Below are positions 56,201 to 64,000 of a DNA stretch of 64,000 nt, one piece after another. The DNA lies in contig VJWM01000193.1 in NCBI GenBank assembly GCA_010909165.1, positions 351,058 through 415,057 on the forward strand. Reading direction: 5' to 3'. Numbering within the stretch: the stretch's first letter is position 1; the number at the start of each line of letters is the position of its first letter. The translations under genes were made by a program, and so were the position numbers. The notes below the pieces were generated by a model. It saw only the letters and a list, made by a program, of their open reading frames with translations. It was not told the DNA's origin and did no database searches. Origin of the DNA: Anthoceros angustus (Eukaryota > Plantae > Anthocerotophyta).

Positions 56201-59200
56201 CGCGCCTCCCGCCCCATAGCCCCCCCTTCAGCACCCGCTGTGCCCCTCAACACTCATGTTGTCCAAACGCGCCTGTGTTCAATGGGCTACCTCCTTCCTT
56301 CCTCTCTAGGTTTCCTCCTCGCCCGGCCAGGCCTTCACGCGAGGTGGCGATGTTGCCCATGGGGCTTCTCCTTCCTTCCACTATGCTCCACCGCGCCCAC
56401 CTCCGCCCAGCCTACCACAAGTGGAGGAATCACGCCAAAATCAGACTTTGTCCCTCTTTTGGATGACTCCACCGGAGGCTGCCCCAACCCTAGATTTGGT
56501 TCATCATTCCAAAATCCTAATCCTATCTAAACTACCTATTTTCCTATCCTATCCACAACCCCAAATTAGTTACCTTCTAATTAATCCTATTTACCTACTC
56601 CCCTATTGATGAGCATATATAGTGGATACCCCCCCCCTTATTCTAATTGCTTTTCGAGATCCGCTGCCCACTATTAGTGCCACCACCGTGGTAATCAGCT
56701 TCTTCCGTCGCCCATCGCAGGTGTGCAATTACCATTAGTCCGCCACCACCACCCTTTTCGGCTGCCTTCCATTCCAGGGTCATTTTTGACCGTTCCTTTC
56801 CCCAGGATATCCTCTCCTTCCTAATATCCTACAACTCACAAGGTTTAAAATTCACAGCATGCTCCTTCAATCGTTTTGGCCAAAAAAAATCAAACTCGGA
56901 CATCTCGCCTGGATCAAGTTTGCCCAAACTTTATTCCACATACTCCCCTCCTCACCGCTTGTGCTACAAACAACAGCTCGAAGGTATTTTCAACCTTCCA
57001 CCCATTTACTCCGGGTCGGCTAACTCTCCATCTAATACTCGTGGTTGCACCCATTCTCGTAACCCACCACCTCATAAGGTCCCATCCATCTCATCCTAAG
57101 CTTCCGAAGTGCAAACTATCGAGAGGAACCAAATCCCCACGCGATAGCCTCCCGCACCTTACTTTCCATCATGTCGGGTCTTTTCCGAGCTCCTGAATTA
57201 TTGAGTTTCTTCTAAAGCATCTTCCCACGTTCCTCCGCTCTATGAAGATTCTAGTCTAGCTACCGCTATCCTTACGCTCATGTGTCTGCCCTCCATGATT
57301 CTATAGGTGGGTATTTCAAATTCCACAGCATCAGACATGCCACGTCGAGATAATAAGGGGTCTTCTTTGGTTAATTTCTCCATGGGTCCTGTTAGCCCCA
57401 AAGTCGAATGTAATTTTGCATCCCAATCATACATGTGCTATAGCTACCTTACGTGAGGATTGCAAGAACCCGTTTGTCTTTTCCACAATCCGCTTCGCCT
57501 TGTAGGGGGTGCCTTTCGATGCGGATGTTGAAGTAGGTGGTTAGGGACTCAAGAGTTGAGGAATGTCCCCACGACTCAACCCAAAGGACACTGACTCGTA
57601 TGATGTTCTGAAGAGAAACTTTCATATCTGGGCGGCCGTCCTTCCTCGTCGCCTTCACCTCCACCATCTTCGTAATAGTCCGGAGCCACCAAAATGTACC
57701 GCTTCCTTGTCCATTGGGTCGGTGGTTTGATCGGTCCCACAAATTGATTCCCCATTCTCGAATGGTGCTGAGTAGTATATAGGTGAGGGGCCATTGTGTC
57801 AATGAGGCCGCCCAACCTCCTCGACACGCATCACACCTCCGAAAGTGACCCCACACATCCTTGCATCGTAGCCCACCGTAACCCCGCATTCAAGATCTTC
57901 TTCACGGCCACCCATCAATAGTGTCCGCCGGCCTCTTCTGCATGTAGTGCCTCCGTGACAAGTGCAGCTTCTTCAACCTCGAGACACCGCCGAATCTTCT
58001 CGTCCGGGCCTAGCTTGTATAGGACGCCTCCCTTTAGGCAATAGGGCACGGCTTTATGGAGGAAAAAAGCCCGTCCCTCCCTAGACAAACCATCAGGCAT
58101 GATCCCATGCTCTAGAAATTTGCGTACCTCACCACTCAACAGATACCTTGGGCATGATCGCCCCTCACGTTCTAATCTCCTCCTTTCAAGCATACCACGT
58201 CACCTCCTGCTAGTTTGCCCACCAGCAGCCTAGGCGCGTTGATCCACAAATCCATTTTCTCCACGCTTGTCCATGCGAAGTTTCTTGCACTGTTGCATGC
58301 TCCTCCTCCGACAACGCTCGATTTCTTCCATTCTTGCTGGTCTAGCCTCGTGTCTAGGTCCAGCTCAGGCTCCCATGGCGACCTCGCCTTCCTCACCTCC
58401 ATGGCCGCCTCATGAGTGATTCCATGAATGCCATTTTCCTCCTGCTTTTCTTCAAGCTTGTCATGGGATGAAACTCCTTCCTCGCCCTCCGGGCGCACCC
58501 ACCCCTTCCTCCTCGCGGCCCCATGGCGTCTCGGCTTTGGCCATGCCACGTGTGGCGCCCTTCCTGCTCAAAACGCACGCTCATGTCCGCTTTTGCTCTT
58601 GCCAACGTGGCCTCCACTTGCAGCCTCCTCCTGATCGCCACCCTTGAGGAGCATTCCAGCCTCCTTGTGCCCATGCTGGCGCCATCCTATCTCCCCTCAT
58701 TTCCAGATTGTCCCGCCGCAGTTTTTCTGCACAACGCCCCTTCTTGCTCATTTGGACCTCTCGCCGGCAACAAGACTTGCTGATCAATTCTTAGGTCGTT
58801 TACAACATGCTCACGTCCTCCCCTTCGACCAGCTGGCAACCAAATCGTCAGAACGGCCATCCGTGGCCTCAAGTGTTTCTCCGCCACGAGAAATCAAATT
58901 CGTGATGTCGCTCGCCTAGTTTCCACGCCATAATCAAACTCTTGCAGCAGAGTAGTATCCATCCGCAATCCTTCTGCCCGGCTTGTTTACAAGGTACTTC
59001 AACGCAAAATGGTCAACATGAACGCCACCTTGCAAGCAAGCGATAGTGTCTAAACTTCTTCTGAGTAAATGATACAAGACCCTCTCTCGTGGTTGAGTAG
59101 TTCTTCCTCGATCCGTGAGCCGCCTACTCTGCATAGAAAATCGGATGATCCCGCTTTCTTCGCCCTTCCGCTTAAGGCGGTCCCAATGGCATAAGCGGAC

Positions 59201-62200
59201 ACATCCACGTATACATGAAAACGGCCCCAATCGTTGTAACGTGGTGCGCCACCAGCCCCTTCACCGGTGGCCCTCCTATCTTGCATTCGTCCATTCGAAA
59301 GGGGTATCCTTCTTGGTCAATTGTGTCAGCAAGGCTGCCTTCTTAGCAAAATCCCCCCTCCTGTAATATCCTACCAACCCTACAAAAGCACACACCTGCC
59401 TCACCGTTTGTGGTGGGTCCATCTCAGCTATGACTGCCACCTTTCTCCTTATCTACCTGCAATCCTCGTACTGAAACTCGATATGCCAATAAAATGCCTT
59501 CCGTCATACCAAAATAACACTTCCCCGGATGAAGTTTCATGTTTGACTTCGCATCGGAAACATTGTCTCAAATCCTATTCGTATGCGCTTTATAAACACG
59601 CAAAAATCATCCAAGAATACCTCCATAAACTTCCGCAAGAAGTCTCGGAATATCGCGTTCACCACCCGTTGGAAAGTGGCAGGCGCATTACACAACCCGA
59701 AAGGGAGCTTCGAATAAGCGTAGGTTCCCCAATCCGTTGTGAACGTTGTCTTGTCCTGATCTTCCTTCCGAAAACTGATTGTACCCAGTATCCGCTCAGA
59801 ACTATACATGTCCGCCACCGTATCCAGACACCGCCCATGAAAGGTAAGGGGTGGTGATCCTTCTTCGTTGCTTGAGTTTCCGAAATCTTGCACCAACCTT
59901 TCCTGCTTCTTTGGTACAATCACGGGCGACCCACCCAGTAAGCGGATAAATCACCGCCTCCAACAACTGATCCTGGCGCACCACGAATACTTGGATTCAC
60001 CAGATTGTTTGATCCTCAGGGCGTCCTTCGTGATCAATCCGATGTATCTCTTCAATCTGCCATGTCGAATCTTGAAGGCAAACACATCGATCCCCTAAGC
60101 ACACTACGAAACTCCTTTCTACTTCTAGACACTGAAACCTTGACTACCTTGCTAGGTTCTAACTCTAAGTCTTCACGGCCGGTCTATCGTCCCTCCTGAT
60201 CGCCACCTGCACTAGTTCCATCCTCCTCGGAAAATCACGATCATAGGCTTACCTACTCCACAAGGCTACTCCTCTCTGTGCCTCATCTTCCCACTCTTCG
60301 ACATCCTCTACATATGGTGAATACACCAAATCACTCTTTATTTCGGTGACCTCGACTGAAGGTCCCCGGTAGGCTCGGTCACTGCCCGAGGAGCTTACCC
60401 CCGTGCTACCTAAGGTGTACCCATCAGGCTGGAGCGCAGACTCCCCCTCGTAAGGGGCCTTGCTCCATGACACAAAGGCGACCTCAGCAGGTCCGGATCC
60501 TATCCTACTAGACTTGAACGTGATGCCGCTATGACCGAAATCAAAGACACATGCAGACTTCAGGAGAACGCTCTTTTCCATCTTCATTCCTCTCCATGAC
60601 ACCATCACCCTCGCTCGGCCTCCCATATACCTTTAATGATGTCGGACAGTCCCACCCTTGGATCCTCTCCTCCATGTTCTGTTTCTCCCTACTAAGTCAT
60701 GCAGCAAGTGATTCAACCAATTCCATTAGAATAGGCCCAATGTCTATCGGAAAACCCTTAGTGCTGCGTTGTCATCGTTGCCTGTAAAAATCCCATAAGT
60801 CTCGAAGAAACTTGCCTGAAACATAAAACCACGGCCCTCCTTCTCGGCTTCCTAGGTCTTCTCGCCTCCTTTCCGGTTTTCTCCTTCTTTTCCTTCTCGG
60901 CTTATGTGCATTCCTCTTTCAGCCGGACGCCTTGCGCACTCCTCCAGGACTGTTGCGCGTCTTCATCTTCAACTTCTGCCTGCTGGATAGTGGATCTTCT
61001 TCTCCTTCGTCCTTCCTGCTGTACAGTCTGATTTCCTCCCTTAAAATTCTTCTAAGTATTTCTTCAGGTTTGTCCTTCGACAGACTGCCTCCGTCGCTCC
61101 GTCCGCCAGTCCTCCTGACCAACTGAAATGAGCTAATCACTCCCCTGCTACTTACATATGTATATAGGGCGAGAAGGGATTTTCCACACCCCAAAAGCCA
61201 AGGACGAAAATTTCCCCTGTCCGAAGGCCAAGGGCCTTTCCTCCTTGTAAGCGTTGAATTCTCAACCACGAAGGCCAAGGAAAATTTTCACCTGTTACAA
61301 AGTCAAGGAAGAAATTTCGGCTGACATGCAAAAGGGGTCACCAGCCGTGTGAGCCTAAACCTACCGCCACGCCTTCCGTCATCTCAACCTCCTGGCGAGG
61401 AGCCGAGGGCGCCTCCTCCGGCGCCAAGGACTTCGCTATATGGCGTAAGCGCTCCTCCTTGGTGTTGTTGTGCCTCCTTCCTTGTCCGTTCAGCAGCCCG
61501 TCGCAACCCGCTAGCGCAGGAGATTGCGCTGGCGCAACCTCGCGACCTCTCGCGTCTTCCAGCTGGAGTAAGAGCCTTACTCTGCTGCATGTTTGAACCA
61601 GGCAGGAGTGACTGCCTGGCCGCCACCAGGCCTGCATCAACCCTCCTTTCTGTTCTCTTCTCCGCGAACCTACCTCTCAAGGTTTCTTCCAACCCTCTGT
61701 CCCGGACCTCCAGTCCTTTCTAGCCGTTGGACTGTTCTTAGGCTTTTCTTCCGATCGTCCAGTCTAAATCGGACCGTGAATCGTCTTGTTTTCTCCACTG
61801 CAACTTCCTTTTCTATCTTCCGTCAACAACCTGTTGATGAGAAAAAGAAAAAAAAGAAAAATGAAACCTAACTAATATGAACAAAACTGGCATCCGCCTC
61901 TCTTCTAACCGTGGACCCAAAATTTGGCGTTCCACAATGTTGTACGTTGTTACCATGTACCAATGCCTTCCAAAGGCCACCCCCCACACGATTCCCAAAC
62001 GCCTTCCCCCGGCCTCCTGTGATAGATCGGCATTCCTCACGACGTCACACGCACATGCTCACGCATCCGGTGAGCTCTATTCTCTCACTACCCCATAAAT
62101 TGGCAGTCATGTACACATCCTTTGGTAGTTCTATCGTGGATCGACCCTGGCTGGCGTGTACTCCCCTCACCAACGGCGTGGGACGTAAGGTCGGTCAAAC

Positions 62201-62450
62201 CGAGTGAGTTGAATGGTGCTAGAAGGTAGATAGGCTTGAACTGTCGCAGCTACCTTTCTTCTCGATACCGCTTGTTTTCTTTTAAACATGGACTCGCAGG
62301 CCGATGTCCCCAGTTTCTCCTTGCATTGGAGCATGGCGCTTGCTGGTGACCCATAGTTAGAAGTACAGACCGCGTTGGTTATGGTTACCTTAGCTAAACC
62401 CAGCGTGGTCATACCCTTTGGTATCTAGTACCGAAGAGGTACAACTCTTG
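53230..62450 (-). mobile_element. Degenerate Ty3/gypsy LTR retrotransposon, non-chromovirus (Athila/Tat-like), with an extra ORF 3' of integrase; boundaries approximate
   Basis: RT EDQDKTTFTTDWGTYAYSKLPFGLCNAPATFQRVVNAIFRDFLRKFMEVFLDDFCVF (~59570-59770); RNase H FHVYVDVSAYAIG and DHFALKYLVNKP (~58970-59230); integrase IRRCLE...LHAEEAGGHY, CDAC, VGPIKPP..RYILVAPDY (~57250-58050). Order RT-RH-INT; very many small indels. Confidence 0.93.
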
Positions 62451-62960
62451 ATGTGCTAAAAAGCCCACCTCTTGTAATCAATTGTATCAATTAGTAAAGC
62501 ACTATCTTTGGTCAAGCGCTTCCGCAACCTCAAACTTGGTATCGGAGCATAGTTTGATTACTAAGTCCACCATGCATTATGATGTGAATCTAGATGTTCT
62601 TCTAACATGCAACGTCTTTCCAATGCTTTTGGTATTTGTAATATGAAGCTATTTTATACTTATTCATAGTTTCTTTCACATTCAACCAAACATATTTTAC
62701 TAATAAAATAGTTTGGCTTCTTCTATGATTAACCTTTATATTCATTAAAGTTTCATGGCTCATTGCCACTCTCTCATTCTTCATCTTATTCTTTCTAGCA
62801 TTCTACTCACTCTTCCTTGTACAAGACATTGTTCCTTATTGTTTTACATAAAGTTACAACATGGCAAGAAGAAACAATCACAAGAGTATTCATGCTAAGA
62901 GAACTAGAGAATTAGAGAGGAAAGTAGAAGAATTGTGCACTCTCGTCGATCCTACAAACA
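62450..62960 (+). mobile_element. Fragment of a second LTR element: LTR end, Met-tRNA primer-binding site (62537-62548) and possible gag start
   Basis: TGGTATCGGAGC is one mismatch from the canonical TGGTATCAGAGC; preceded by LTR-like TGTAATC..TAAAG sequence; orientation opposite to the gypsy element. Confidence 0.5.
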
Positions 62961-64000
62961 TAGTCGATTTAATTCTTCTCTTTTCAATAACCTAGGGAGC
63001 AAGATAGCCTACATGCTATCCTGCTTCTTCCTAGAAAACAATTTGGTGTCATCATCATGCAACAGGAGCTTTTAGCAATCAAAATCAGCAAGGCCTTGGT
63101 CCACAAGTGATGATCCTGATCTGCTTCGATGCTGTGGAGATATCTCGAGTGATGAGAATCAGAAGTCCTCCTCCTATCATTCACACAACAAGGAGACCAA
63201 CTCACCATTTTATTCTCCTACCACACCAAGACAGAGTAATTCTTACATCATTCTAATCGATCAAGATCATTCCACGGTTTACGCTAAGAAACTCTATTAT
63301 GCTGATGGACTGACAGGAACATGGCGATTCCGAGTGCACAGATGGAGAGCGCCAAGTGGAATGAGCTCGTCATTCCTCTGGAGTTGTCGCAGTTACCGTG
63401 TCGTGGTTAAGGGGGTGTGTTGAGATACCTACCTAGGTATAGGTAACCACGTCACTAGGGCTTAATATATTTATCAACCCAGCTAGCCCTAATATGAACA
63501 GTCACTTAGTCAATTTTGTACTTAAACACTTTTGTTGATTGATTAATGTAATTCATCTTTTGCCAAATATACAACTTCTCTCTCACTCTCCGCTCTAGGA
63601 AATCTGACATCTTCCCCCTTACCATTGAGAATCATGGGGCTAAGGGCAAGGATTCTTCCGGCTCATTAAGGATTGTGCTAAAGCCTACCAATCGTCCGGA
63701 ACCGGGTGGGTCTCCCTCTTCCTTGGTGGTGGCTTTCTGCACTAGTATCCATCGCCCTATAGAGGCTGGCCAATGCTATTTACAGGACGGCAAGAGACAT
63801 GGCGTTATCGCCAGTTGTAGGTATGCCTTCCTCATCTTGGACCATGACATAATAGGGGCGGTAGGTAGCTTCATGGTAGACATTTGTGGGGGCTAGCCCT
63901 TTAGTAGGTTGTCCCCCTCGGTTCGGGGTAGATGGGTTTTCCACCTCTTCTTTTAATAGTCTCCATGGTCTCTTGACTCCTACATGAAGTCGGACTCGTG

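Overview
Eukaryotic land-plant nuclear DNA with about 50% GC and short introns (about 80-350 nt). This style suggests a non-seed plant such as a hornwort or lycophyte, which is inference only. The left half is gene-rich, all on the + strand: a membrane-tethered bZIP17/28-type ER-stress factor (212-3687), then a tandem segmental duplication of a [Sec61-alpha + signal peptide peptidase-like] block, then an intronless J-domain/DUF3444 gene (28844-31780). The duplicated copies had reciprocal fates. Copy A keeps a conserved Sec61-alpha, and its SPPL is a pseudogene interrupted by a PPR fragment. Copy B keeps an intact 14-exon SPPL and an intact but fast-diverged Sec61-alpha. The right half is mostly decayed or mobile: a Gln-rich pseudogene, a TATA promoter with a candidate pre-miRNA hairpin on the - strand, structured retroposon tails, three Tc1/mariner-type MITEs, MULE, CACTA and CRE-like fragments, a duplicated NURR-like pseudogene, a DPP4 fragment, a tRNA-His gene and a degenerate Ty3/gypsy element. 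Best leads: (1) the second Sec61-alpha, whose substitutions fall on plug, pore-ring and lateral-gate residues and repeatedly match budding-yeast residues; (2) the co-located ER-proteostasis genes; (3) the candidate novel MIR locus at about 40.1-41.3 kb. Comparisons to human, yeast and Arabidopsis proteins are from memory and need checking by alignment.
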